From assembly GCA_013287775.1 (NCBI GenBank), contig JABDDE010000002.1:11988-75987 (forward strand): a stretch of DNA of 64,000 nucleotides. The letters run 5' to 3'. The position numbers were made by a program, and so were the translations under genes. Under the pieces are notes generated by a model. It ran no database searches. It worked only from the letters and a program-made list of their open reading frames with translations, and was not told where the DNA came from. The first letter of the stretch is position 1, and every line of letters starts with the position of its first letter. Source of the stretch: Chlamydiota bacterium (GTDB taxonomy: Bacteria; Chlamydiota; Chlamydiia; Chlamydiales; FEN-1388). Positions 26,344 to 36,188 of this stretch are shown here, in pieces.

Positions 26344-29300
26344 CTATTCCAGTGCTTGCAACAAGCCCATGCGTGCCAGCATATCGGCAATAAAGGAGAT
26401 CTTTACTTTTAAGTGAAGAGGGCGATTCTCCAGCGTCCACTGCACTGGAGGCGTTTCATAGATCTGGGTGTCAAGGTATGCGAGTTTCAGCACCTCAACC
26501 ATGCAACGCTCAATTGCCTGGGCGGCCGTTTCATTGGCTTGAATCCTAATACTATGCACTTTGAGCAGTGCCTGCTCTGCTGTTTCATTATTGCGCCTCT
26601 GAATACGATGACTGCTTAAAAATGCTCCAGCATCTTTGGCCTCTCTGAGCTCCTGGAGCCTGTTCTTGGCGGTATCGAGATCCTGAATATCGTCGAAGTA
26701 TCTGCCCCAATCCTCAACCTTACGATCTTTACCCCAAGTATCTGGTACTCTTACAGTGTCATAACACCACTTTCTGAACAACTCTCGTGCGTCCTCACGC
26801 CCTTGTGGACCTACTTCTTGCCTAATACAAGAAGCAAGAGCAAAAGGGGTATACAGCTCTTCAAAGCGTTTTTTTAAGGCTGCTCTATTATTTTCATAAC
26901 GGCCATACAACTGCGTTTGCGTATAAAATGGGTCGTCATAGCGGCCTAAAGTCTCAGTTCCGGGAATTGCCAATTCTTGTCCTGCAAGGCGCAAGAGCGC
27001 CATAAACTGATGAGCCTCACCTTCACTTATGATGTGGGCATTGGCTTCTCTAATGCCACTTAATTCCCTCGCAATTACCGATTCGAAGGTAATAGGTTTA
27101 TTTAATACAATTTGTTGATAGAGATCGATGGCATCTGCGATATATCGTGTGGCGCAAAAACCAGCGCCGCTTATGATGGTTGCCAGGAGCTTGATTTTTT
27201 TGGTTGTCAGTTCTTGGAATGGTAACTGAGTGCTTTCGAGATAAGAGATGACATGAAGAATAGGGTTTTTCACATTGCCCCAAAATTCTCTTCGTGCCTC
27301 GATATTGGCCTCTGGAGGTGCCCCTATAAGGCAGGCCATGTTGTTTATGCTATCAATGTATTTATTTAAGTCTGTTGTAGCGCTCTCTTGGGTCATTGTT
27401 TTAGCGTCAAGCCGGAGCTGCAACCGCGAAAAAGGAATGCTGTTAAAGAGGGTGACAAGGCCTGTCCTTAATGCGCTGTCAGAATTTATTGTGGCAGCAA
27501 GAGGTGCGATGCTGCTATTGTAGCGCACTCTGTTGTAATGATCATCAGAGAGTTTGTAGAAAAAGTTACATTCAAATTCCCCTGTTGTAACCTCATTGAT
27601 GAGGCGCTTCATACGCGGCCGCGAATCAAGAATTGGTGGGTCTGCCAGATGGCTTAAAAGTGTCTTATATTGCTGCTGATCTATCTGATGAGCGGCTTTA
27701 TATATATCATGCAGGCATGTGCGCATACTGCTATGTATTGGACTCAGTTGCTCTGGGGTAGACGTTCTTTCTGCTTCGCATTGATAGTGATCGAGAAGAT
27801 AATAGGCAGTCATGCACTCTATCTGTGTCATCACCTCTTGACTCAATGGGTAGCAGCGTTGCAGATAGCTGCGAAATTTCCCAGTAAGTGATGACTTAAC
27901 TATGCCTTTTGCGTGATACCTACCGATGCGTATAATAGCATCTATATTATCAGTAAGGTAAAAAGGGTATGTGTTTGCTGACAAATTATCAGTGAGGTAA
28001 AAAGGGTGTGTGTTTGTTGTCAAGCCGTGGTAGAGTGCTTCCAGTATTAATTCATATTGCTCATCCATGGTGTTGAGCAAGTTCCATCCAAAAGTGAAAG
28101 CTGTTGATAATTCGAGGATTTTATTTAAAATCGTTATACGAGTACTATGGGCTACGATAGTGCGTGGGGTATTGTTGTAGCGCTGGATATAACGGCACAC
28201 GTCCATATCTGTGTGCAGCCGGGCAACTACGGTGGCATGGTCAGGGATTTTTGTATCAAAATCACGAATATGTTCACGCAATTGGGTATAGAGGGTGTTG
28301 CATTCGTCGGTAGTAAGCTGGAAAGCGACTGTATCTGCTCCTACAATGGACTGGAGGAATGTGAATCTGCTGCTATCTTGAGAAGTACTACGTATGAGAG
28401 TAGCATAGCATATTTGGGAGACAAGAGCCCCGCACTCGGGATACAGTTTGTGAAGCTGTGTTGTTTTTAAAGGGATATCTGCTGACAAATCCCAAATGAG
28501 TTGCAAGCGAGTGGCAGCATCAATTCCTTGCGCTTGTAAGCGTTTGAGGGCCGCCGTGTAGCGCATGACAAAAGCTGCATTATACGTTGTGTTCCTTGTT
28601 ACATCCACCATAAGATCAAGCAGGTGTTGAGGCACAGCTTCGGTATCAAGGATAGCTTCTATATTCTGAATGAGCGCTCGCGCGGTCGCGATATATTGAT
28701 TTTGCTGTTCTGTGGAGGCATTTGCTGGTTTTTCTAAATCGCCAAGACATCTTTCTAATTTAACGACAGCATTTGCGTAGTTTATTGCAGTGTTTACGGA
28801 AGTAATAAAAGAGCCAAGTGGAGACGAAACATGGTGAAATAACAGATCGCAAATTGTGTCATAGTGCTCTTGCAAAAACCCCGCCTCACTCAGTAAATAA
28901 GAAAGTAAGTCACGCAACTCTTTCTGTTGATGCTCTCTTTCAGAATGGCGTTCATTGGAGGGTCCTGGCTGCAGTGTTTTATATTCTTGGTAGGAGTGAT
29001 ACAACCGCATGTATAGCTCACCTATGATCCACAAGCATTGCCAGTTTGATATTCCATAGAACTCTGCAAAGAATGTGCAAGCTGCCTCATCAAAATCATC
29101 AAGCGAAATAGTGGTGAGCCGTGGATCAAATAGGCCATCCCAATAGTGTTCTTCAAGCCTGATACGTCCTGTAAGGAGTGCCCAAGGTTTGTTGCGATTT
29201 GTGGGCGTTTCTTGATGAGTATGCTCTATGATAGAAATCCTTTCTTTGCATTCCGTTATGCTTAAAGAAGTGGGAAATGTATCCAGGCATAAGGTATCAC

Positions 29301-29772
29301 CTATTATGTTATTATAATGGGTAATGGCTAGCGACAATGTAGAATCTGAGTATGCTCTGATTCGTAGAGTTTGTCTGATAAGGTTTTGGCGTCCCGTATT
29401 ACCAAATTTGTTCTCCAATTCAATTATTGTTGCTGTCTGTTTCTCTTTATATGCTGTCTGTAATTTCAAAAAATTTTTAATGTCTTCATTGAGAGTACTT
29501 ACTCGCAGCTGTGTTTGCAGAGACTGTGGCAATGCTGCAATGCTATGAGGAGTAATAACAGAGAACAATTGTGTCAGTTTCTCATCATACGCGCTATGGT
29601 CCTTTCTCTGAATATTCAATACGTCTGTAATGAGAGAACAGATGGTAGTAAGCTCTGGACACTCTGATATATCCGTCACTACACGGCCTTGTAGTTCCCC
29701 ACTTTGTTCCACTGTCGATATGGCTACATTGGTTGTCGTATTATTTGTATGATTGGTATTTGGAATATTCAT
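26344..29772 (-). CDS. 1142-aa hypothetical protein (orphan)
   Basis: Long uninterrupted ORF with no signal peptide, TM helix or recognisable motif. In-frame 39-bp tandem duplication at 27947-28024. Confidence 0.6.
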   Translation of the reverse strand: MNIPNTNHTNNTTTNVAISTVEQSGELQGRVVTDISECPELTTICSLITDVLNIQRKDHSAYDEKLTQLFSVITPHSIAALPQSLQTQLRVSTLNEDIKNFLKLQTAYKEKQTATIIELENKFGNTGRQNLIRQTLRIRAYSDSTLSLAITHYNNIIGDTLCLDTFPTSLSITECKERISIIEHTHQETPTNRNKPWALLTGRIRLEEHYWDGLFDPRLTTISLDDFDEAACTFFAEFYGISNWQCLWIIGELYMRLYHSYQEYKTLQPGPSNERHSEREHQQKELRDLLSYLLSEAGFLQEHYDTICDLLFHHVSSPLGSFITSVNTAINYANAVVKLERCLGDLEKPANASTEQQNQYIATARALIQNIEAILDTEAVPQHLLDLMVDVTRNTTYNAAFVMRYTAALKRLQAQGIDAATRLQLIWDLSADIPLKTTQLHKLYPECGALVSQICYATLIRSTSQDSSRFTFLQSIVGADTVAFQLTTDECNTLYTQLREHIRDFDTKIPDHATVVARLHTDMDVCRYIQRYNNTPRTIVAHSTRITILNKILELSTAFTFGWNLLNTMDEQYELILEALYHGLTTNTHPFYLTDNLSANTYPFYLTDNIDAIIRIGRYHAKGIVKSSLTGKFRSYLQRCYPLSQEVMTQIECMTAYYLLDHYQCEAERTSTPEQLSPIHSSMRTCLHDIYKAAHQIDQQQYKTLLSHLADPPILDSRPRMKRLINEVTTGEFECNFFYKLSDDHYNRVRYNSSIAPLAATINSDSALRTGLVTLFNSIPFSRLQLRLDAKTMTQESATTDLNKYIDSINNMACLIGAPPEANIEARREFWGNVKNPILHVISYLESTQLPFQELTTKKIKLLATIISGAGFCATRYIADAIDLYQQIVLNKPITFESVIARELSGIREANAHIISEGEAHQFMALLRLAGQELAIPGTETLGRYDDPFYTQTQLYGRYENNRAALKKRFEELYTPFALASCIRQEVGPQGREDARELFRKWCYDTVRVPDTWGKDRKVEDWGRYFDDIQDLDTAKNRLQELREAKDAGAFLSSHRIQRRNNETAEQALLKVHSIRIQANETAAQAIERCMVEVLKLAYLDTQIYETPPVQWTLENRPLHLKVKISFIADMLARMGLLQALE

Positions 29773-29886
29773 ATAGCATCTCCCTATATTATTTGTTAAA
29801 TATAGGGAGAATTATAATTGCTAGATATGTTTTTTGCAAACTTGATATTGAAGTTTTGGAATTATGCAAGTACTTCAATACTCCTT

Positions 29887-31107
29887 CTATTGGTTTGCGA
29901 CTACTTTGCGCTCTTGAAAAGAGAGTACTGCAAAGCCACCCACGCCCATGGTGAGGGTGATAGGGATAACAGCTGCAGCATACATCAAGGCCTGCTTTGA
30001 GGTTGGCCCTCCCATGATATCGACAATGCCGCCAATTACACTATGAAACGCATAGCCAAAGATCATAATGATCATATTGGCGCAGGCCGTAGTAAGGCCA
30101 GCAACTTGCGGGCGCACATAGGTGGAGGCTTTGTAGATAGCCAAGATTTGATAGGCGCAGCATACACCAACTATGATGAAGTTTATCGAGAGCACGCCTG
30201 TTGGAAGCTGCCAGGCAAGTAAAGCGGCAAAGGATACGGCCATGATAATGCCTGCGCCGATAATCGTCATAAGGTAGCTGCCAGCTTTATCTGCAATCAA
30301 CGTGAGCACCGGTGCTCCAAAACACATGCCCACAAAAATCATAGAGGGAATACTCGCAGCGAGCGTGCCTGTAAAGCCGTAAACCTCTTGTAAGAATACT
30401 GTTGCCCACACATCTGCAAACCCTTCCAAGGGGCCTACCATGAGTCCTGCACACACACACGAGAACACCACGCGGCCATTACGGAGGACTTCTGTAATGT
30501 CTGATAGGATGGTTTGCTTGGCTTTTTCCTTTGTGTCTGGCACAATCCAGTAGGTGATGGCGGCAAGAAGTAATCCGCATCCAGCAAAGACGTGGAGGAC
30601 GGTTTCATAGCCAAAATGCTCCCGCATATAGCTCACGGGCCCGCCTCCATAGATGGCGCCAATCAAGCCGATAGTGACCGATATGCTGAGCATGCGAGGA
30701 AAACGCTGCTCACTAAAGGTCATACGAATGATCTTGAAAACACCCAAGATGGCAGCCGAGGAGCCAAGACCAATAAGAAACCTGCCACAAATAGGATACG
30801 CCCAATGGGTTGCAAACAAAAGGGGCATTAACCCTATAACCGTGAAAAGTATGCACAGGGTCATGATTTTCTTCGGGCCATAGCGGTCGAGCATGATGCC
30901 TATGGGCAGATGCATGAGCGAATAGCCAATGTAATATACGCCTGAAAATTGTCCGAAGGCTGCGCTACTTATGCCAAATTGCTCCATAATGTCATGCAAC
31001 ATAATATTTGGCATTACTCGTAAAATGTATTGGTATGCATAAAACACCGATGCGATGATCCATACCGCCCACGCAGCAGCGCGCGGGGTTGCAATAGAAT
31101 ACGTCAT
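29887..31107 (-). CDS. MFS transporter
   Basis: 406 aa, ~12 TM helices, with an MLDRYGPKK loop motif between TM2 and TM3. Confidence 0.8.
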   Translation of the reverse strand: MTYSIATPRAAAWAVWIIASVFYAYQYILRVMPNIMLHDIMEQFGISSAAFGQFSGVYYIGYSLMHLPIGIMLDRYGPKKIMTLCILFTVIGLMPLLFATHWAYPICGRFLIGLGSSAAILGVFKIIRMTFSEQRFPRMLSISVTIGLIGAIYGGGPVSYMREHFGYETVLHVFAGCGLLLAAITYWIVPDTKEKAKQTILSDITEVLRNGRVVFSCVCAGLMVGPLEGFADVWATVFLQEVYGFTGTLAASIPSMIFVGMCFGAPVLTLIADKAGSYLMTIIGAGIIMAVSFAALLAWQLPTGVLSINFIIVGVCCAYQILAIYKASTYVRPQVAGLTTACANMIIMIFGYAFHSVIGGIVDIMGGPTSKQALMYAAAVIPITLTMGVGGFAVLSFQERKVVANQ

Positions 31108-31118
31108 AAAAAATCCTT

Positions 31119-31158
31119 ACATATCGTACATTGTGCATGCGCACAATGCACGATATGT
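31119..31158. promoter_or_regulatory. 40-bp palindrome abutting the MFS gene RBS
   Basis: acatatcgtacattgtgc-atgc-gcacaatgcacgatatgt (17/18 paired), starting 12 nt upstream of the ATG at 31107. Confidence 0.4.
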
Positions 31159-31478
31159 ATAAATAAAGTTTCAGCCTCTTAAGGCTATGATAAATAATAA
31201 AAAGGTGTAAAAAAGAGGTATATATGTGTGCCTACAGGCACAGCAGCAGGGGCAGGAGAATACGAGAAGACGGAGCTTGTCCAACCGAGTGTTTGCAGGG
31301 AATAATAAAATAGGACTGTGCGTCTTTTTTCGTGTTCATGTAGATTATTGTAGCATAATCGAGGAAAAACGTGCAAGTGAAAAATTTAATGATTTTGTCT
31401 AGAATTTAGTCTAATAAATTTGGCCCTTGATATGACTTGCCACAATCTGATATGTTGTTTGTGTAAAGGAGATATATT

Positions 31479-32756
31479 ATGAATCCTATATCAAGCAGCT
31501 CATATAGTTCGAGCTCCGGCTATTCCAATGGCTGTTTTTCCAATGACATGTCTATAAGCTCTGTCTCAACGGCTGCATCCATAGGAAGTTCAAGCTCTGT
31601 TTCCAACACAAGTGTAGCGTCAAATCCTGCAAGCGAGCCAACCGATCCCGTGACGCAATATAACTTAGGAGTGGCTTACTGGAATGGCCAGGGCGTAGTA
31701 CAGTCGCGCGAAACTGCAGTACATTGGTTTAGGCGGGCTGCAGAACAAAATAATACCAATGCACAAAATCACTTAGGTGAGGCTTACTGGCATGGTGATG
31801 GCGTGTCCCAATCGTATGAAAACGCATACTATTGGTTCGGATGTGCAGCAATACAAGGCGATGCACGTGGAGAATATAATTTAGGAATGGCCTACCAGTA
31901 TGGCCGAGGCATAGCCCAATCACATGAAACGGCAGTACATTGGTACGAACGCGCTGCAGAACGAGGCAATCCATGTGCGCAATATAATTTAGGTATGGCT
32001 TATTGGAATGGCCAAGGTGTTGATAAATCGTATGAAACGGCGGTAGATTGGTTTAGTCGCGGCGCAGAGCAAGGCGATCGAGATGCGCAATATAATTTAG
32101 GAGTTGCGTGCTTGAATGGGCAAGGCATTCGTCGGTCATATGAAGATGCTGCAGCGTGGTTTCAGAAAGCAGCAGCACAGGACCATGCAAATGCACAATG
32201 CCATTTAGGATGTGCTTACTGGATTGGGAGAGGTGTTTCCCAATCGTATGTAATTGCAGCATACTGGTTCAGACGTGCTGCACAACAGGGCCATGCAGAT
32301 GCACAATGTAACTTAGGTGTTGCGTACTGGAATGGGCAAGGCAGGGCTCAATCACATGGAAAAGCCATAATGTGGTTTAAGAAAGCAGAGGGGAGCGATC
32401 ATCTGCACAAACAGACGCTGCAGCTGACCTCTAAAATGCGGTATCTCTCAGCACAATATGTGCCACTTTTTACGGATAATTTGTGGCGCTCGCTTGCCAT
32501 GCAGGCAAACCAACGAGCCAAAGACATTGCGGCAATCATCCAGGCAACTCCCTATCTTGCGCTCAGTTATCCCGTCGAAACCAATCAGATCTTTTTTACG
32601 GCGCCCGCATCTTGGATCCCTCTTATTCAAGAGGAAATCGCTTGTTATCTTTGGGATCAAGAAAAAAATGAGATTCGATTTATTGCTTCCTGGAACACGT
32701 CTGAAGCAGATGTGCTGGCTGTAGAGGCACTTTTATCACGCATTTCCAAGACATAA
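31479..32756 (+). CDS. Sel1-repeat protein with a C-terminal threonine-aldolase-derived tail (chimeric ORF)
   Basis: Ser-rich N-terminus and seven 36-aa Sel1 repeats (AQYNLGxAYWNGQG...). The last ~100 aa read like the C-terminus of low-specificity threonine aldolase. Confidence 0.75.
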   Translation: MNPISSSSYSSSSGYSNGCFSNDMSISSVSTAASIGSSSSVSNTSVASNPASEPTDPVTQYNLGVAYWNGQGVVQSRETAVHWFRRAAEQNNTNAQNHLGEAYWHGDGVSQSYENAYYWFGCAAIQGDARGEYNLGMAYQYGRGIAQSHETAVHWYERAAERGNPCAQYNLGMAYWNGQGVDKSYETAVDWFSRGAEQGDRDAQYNLGVACLNGQGIRRSYEDAAAWFQKAAAQDHANAQCHLGCAYWIGRGVSQSYVIAAYWFRRAAQQGHADAQCNLGVAYWNGQGRAQSHGKAIMWFKKAEGSDHLHKQTLQLTSKMRYLSAQYVPLFTDNLWRSLAMQANQRAKDIAAIIQATPYLALSYPVETNQIFFTAPASWIPLIQEEIACYLWDQEKNEIRFIASWNTSEADVLAVEALLSRISKT

Positions 32757-32800
32757 ACGTATCCAAATCTGAAAGGATTTGCTGTCAGTTTTTTCATTCC

Positions 32801-32830
32801 CCAATTTTTAACAGATTTGTTAAAAATTGG
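32801..32830 (+). terminator. AT-rich hairpin downstream of the Sel1 gene
   Basis: ccaatttttaaca-gatt-tgttaaaaattgg, 13-bp stem. No U tract. Confidence 0.3.
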
Positions 32831-32900
32831 CAAGTAGAAAAATCGGTAGCCACCAATTCGGATATCCTTAGGAAATCGAATTGCTGTTTATGAGTTTATT

Positions 32901-32938
32901 GTCATATGCAATTTTCCTGGCGGAAAATTGCATATGAC
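32901..32938. repeat. PAL-1 palindrome (subtype A), perfect
   Basis: gtcatatgcaattttcc-tggc-ggaaaattgcatatgac. Confidence 0.9.
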
Positions 32939-33125
32939 AAATTGAAGATCTACGAATCGAGGAAGAGGTTGATATCCCAAAGGCTATCGGAGGCTGTAAC
33001 TTGTGCAGCATGATTTATATGATGCAAAGCTTGATATTCTGAGACGAGTCCTATAATTGAGGATATTTGAACAGAAGGATCCGAATAACTCAGGGTTGAG
33101 CTGATTATCAAGTCCTAATGACAAT

Positions 33126-33295
33126 GGTGTCAACTTAAAGAAACTTGTAACCAATCAGAACCGAGCCACGGTAGTGGCGGAAGCTCATTAGCCCCGCGTG
33201 ACCGAGGATCGTGCGCTATTAGCGCACGATCGAGGGAACGTGGGGTTGTGGAGCATAAATGAAAACAGAGCTGCGGTAGCAGCGACACAGAATTG
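33126..33295. mobile_element. MITE-like element, left half only
   Basis: Nearly identical to 25932-26100. Ends ~40 nt before the ATG at 33338. Confidence 0.75.
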
Positions 33296-33337
33296 AGTGG
33301 TCGATATTATGTGACACAGTGTGATAGGATATCTGTT

Positions 33338-33865
33338 ATGAATAGACCTAAAATTTCCATTTATATTGCCACCAGCATCGATGGATACATTGCGCGTCAA
33401 GACGATAGTATAGATTGGCTTGATAGAGTAGGTGGCTTTGGTGAGGATTATGGGTTTCAGAAGCATCTGAGCAGCATCGATGCACTTATTATTGGTCGAA
33501 AAACGTATGAAATTGCCACAACGGTTGCTGATCCGTATCCAGGCAAGAGAGTTATTGTCTTAAGCAACAGCTTACCAGCGGTACGAGAAGGCATGGAGCT
33601 CTACCGAGGGGATTTGACAGCGCTTATCGCAAAATTACATATTGAGGGAGTGCGCCACATTTGGGTTGATGGCGGCGTGACCATTTCTCAATTTCTTGCG
33701 CTGCAAATAGTTGACATGATGACAATATCTATCATCCCTATAATTTTGGGAGCAGGGCTTCCACTTTTTCATGTGATTGATAAAGAGATTTCATGCCGTC
33801 TACTCTCCAGTCAGTCATATGCAAGTGGGCTTGTGCAAATAACATATGCATTGGGAGTTGGTTAA
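33338..33865 (+). CDS. dihydrofolate reductase-like / RibD C-terminal domain protein
   Basis: MNRPKISIYIATSIDGYIA...DW N-terminus typical of the family. Confidence 0.7.
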   Translation: MNRPKISIYIATSIDGYIARQDDSIDWLDRVGGFGEDYGFQKHLSSIDALIIGRKTYEIATTVADPYPGKRVIVLSNSLPAVREGMELYRGDLTALIAKLHIEGVRHIWVDGGVTISQFLALQIVDMMTISIIPIILGAGLPLFHVIDKEISCRLLSSQSYASGLVQITYALGVG

Positions 33866-33912
33866 TTAAAAATCACCAATAGGTTATTCTTAAGATAACA
33901 TACTGGTTAAAA

Positions 33913-34578
33913 ATGAAAAGATCACTAGGCATTGATACAGGACTTGCTATTTTACTCGAGAAGGCACCGGCAGAAGAGCTCGATTATGGGTTTGTAATGC
34001 ATTGCCTACAAGAATACCAAAATCCTCGAGTAAAACTACACCACCTCTTAAAAATCGAGGCCCTGATTCGCGTCAAAAAAGGGATATATATTTTTGGGAA
34101 ACGATTTGCAAGGGAGCCCTACTCGTCGGAAGTATTAGCAAACATGATTTATGGTCCATCCTATGTTTCCTTAGAATGGGCCTGTCAACATTATCGTTTG
34201 ATTCCTGAGAGAGTGACAACAGTAACCAGCATCACAACACAGCGCTCGCGGCGTTATCAGACACCTCTTGGCCTCTTTACCTATGACCATCTCCCACTCT
34301 CAGTGTATCCTGCAGGTGTGACAATGATGACCGTTTCTCATGGGCGTCATGCTTTAATTGCGACAAAAGAAAAAGCGCTTATTGATTTGTTAGTGGTACG
34401 TAGAGGTCGTTTTTCCTCGATGAAACATTTTCGTGAAACGGTATTTGAAGATCTGCGAATAGAGGAAGAGGATATAAAAAGTTTGGATCGCGAGTTATTG
34501 CAGGAAATATGTAGAGCACGGCAGTGCAGTGCAATACCTTTTGGAGCTGCATCAAAATGCATAATTCTATACACGTAA
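33913..34578 (+). CDS. AbiEi-type (type IV TA) antitoxin
   Basis: wHTH-like N-terminus ending LIRVKKGIYIF, then YGPSYVSLEWACQHYRLIPERV. Its stop overlaps an AbiEii-type start MHNSI. Confidence 0.65.
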   Translation: MKRSLGIDTGLAILLEKAPAEELDYGFVMHCLQEYQNPRVKLHHLLKIEALIRVKKGIYIFGKRFAREPYSSEVLANMIYGPSYVSLEWACQHYRLIPERVTTVTSITTQRSRRYQTPLGLFTYDHLPLSVYPAGVTMMTVSHGRHALIATKEKALIDLLVVRRGRFSSMKHFRETVFEDLRIEEEDIKSLDRELLQEICRARQCSAIPFGAASKCIILYT

Positions 34579-34622
34579 GCTCTTCGGAAATTCTGCAGGA
34601 AATTGCCCTTGTAGGGCCTTGA
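34557..34622 (+). pseudogene. AbiEii-type nucleotidyltransferase toxin, N-terminal stub 1
   Basis: MHNSIHVSSSEILQEIALVGP*, with only 21 codons left. Confidence 0.5.
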
Positions 34623-34719
34623 CAATGGAAGTTTTTTGGGTATGCTGCTTGTATTTTAGGAGTGAGTTGCTTATTATATTGCGGTGTGATAATATGCATT
34701 ACACAACAATGAGGTTATT

Positions 34720-35907
34720 ATGTTCAAGCGAGCCAGCCCACTTGATGAGTGTATTGTAGCTTATTTTGATGCATGCAACAATAAGTATATTGCAAAAGGT
34801 GGGAGCTTGGCCTGGCGCCTCAATAATCCTGGATTACTACATACCCGTGACAGGAACGTATGCAAACAAGGAATAATAGGAGTTCAGTTCCCTTACGTAA
34901 TTTTTGAAAGTGCTCATGTTGGGATAAGTGCTTTACAAGCGTGGCTGAAGTCCCCAAAATTTTTTAACGCAACGCTTGTCGCGATTGCTAAATACTATCA
35001 ACCACAATCTTCAGAAGAATGTTTACAAACACTTTGTGATATAACGGGATTACTTCCTAATAGTAAAGTGGGTACGTTGTCATGCGATGAATTTCGCCGT
35101 TTGATAAAAGCAATTCTGACCCTTTGCCATTTTTCTTCATCCTATGAAGGTGAAATCTTATGTCTCCCTAAAATTTCAGCACTTTATTTCTCGGCGCAAA
35201 GAAATATCGAATATTATCTCATTGATTTCAAGGAAATGCTTACACGGAAAGAGGTAATTTCGCGAATAGAAGCACACTGTTTAGATGCCGTCATTATACA
35301 TAAAAATGATGGATCTGTGTATGTTAGATCACGTCCTGGTCATCGCATTGGCACTGTGCATCTTTCAGAAAAAGAGTGTGTGTCAGACAATATCCAGTTA
35401 GAAAAAGCAATCAGAGAAATCGGCGAGAAGAAAAAAGGCCAATGTCTCTGGGCATATATCAATGGAATATGGAATGATGAAGCAAAGGCACAAGAGTCAA
35501 TTGAACTTATTTCTGAAATCGCTGAGGGCGAACATGTTTTATCTTTAGTAAATAACACAAAAGGTTACGCTTCAGATTTGATAGATTGTTTTCGCCAAAA
35601 GTCAAAATATTTAACAGATGTAGTCAAATTAGCAATTTGTTTTTTTCAATTATTAGTACGTTTAGCAGAAGGGGAAGCCGATACACCTCCGATTATTCTT
35701 TTTGCACATAGCCAGGGCGCTATCATTACAGATTTAGCGCTTGAAAATCTTAAGCCAAATATTCGAGAGAAAATACGAGTTTTTACTTTCGGTGGTGGTT
35801 CTTTCATTTTTCCTGGGAAAGCGCATCCCGAGTCACACAACTATATTAGTTTTGGAGATATGGTGCCTCGAGTGGCTTCTCCTATACGCTCGCCAAGCTC
35901 GCATTAA
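34720..35907 (+). CDS. lipase-like alpha/beta hydrolase, probably frameshifted at its 3' end
   Basis: FAHSQGA nucleophile elbow near the C-terminus. The adjacent frame is open from ~35860 into ORF 35967-36188. Confidence 0.55.
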   Translation: MFKRASPLDECIVAYFDACNNKYIAKGGSLAWRLNNPGLLHTRDRNVCKQGIIGVQFPYVIFESAHVGISALQAWLKSPKFFNATLVAIAKYYQPQSSEECLQTLCDITGLLPNSKVGTLSCDEFRRLIKAILTLCHFSSSYEGEILCLPKISALYFSAQRNIEYYLIDFKEMLTRKEVISRIEAHCLDAVIIHKNDGSVYVRSRPGHRIGTVHLSEKECVSDNIQLEKAIREIGEKKKGQCLWAYINGIWNDEAKAQESIELISEIAEGEHVLSLVNNTKGYASDLIDCFRQKSKYLTDVVKLAICFFQLLVRLAEGEADTPPIILFAHSQGAIITDLALENLKPNIREKIRVFTFGGGSFIFPGKAHPESHNYISFGDMVPRVASPIRSPSSH

Positions 35908-35966
35908 GACTGCATGAAAATCGAAAAAATAAAATAACAGATGAACAGACTATTAGTCACCTGGTT

Positions 35967-36188
35967 ATGGAAGATATAGATTGTTATCTTGATTCGAAAA
36001 ATCCCGAAACTATTCATATTTACGAGAAACAGAGAAGAGAATATTATAAAAAAGAAATAAATAAAATTACTAATGTTACCGTCCTTGAAAAGAGTCAGAA
36101 TGCTACTCTTGGTCGGTGGGAGCATGAGTTTGCATCACCTTGTTACCAAAATGCAGTAAGCTCCATTATAAGAGAGTACAAAAAATGA
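35967..36188 (+). CDS. probable C-terminal continuation of 34720-35907 (separate frame)
   Basis: Frame open upstream back to ~35860. Contains GRWEHEF, a candidate catalytic-His region. Confidence 0.4.
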   Translation: MEDIDCYLDSKNPETIHIYEKQRREYYKKEINKITNVTVLEKSQNATLGRWEHEFASPCYQNAVSSIIREYKK

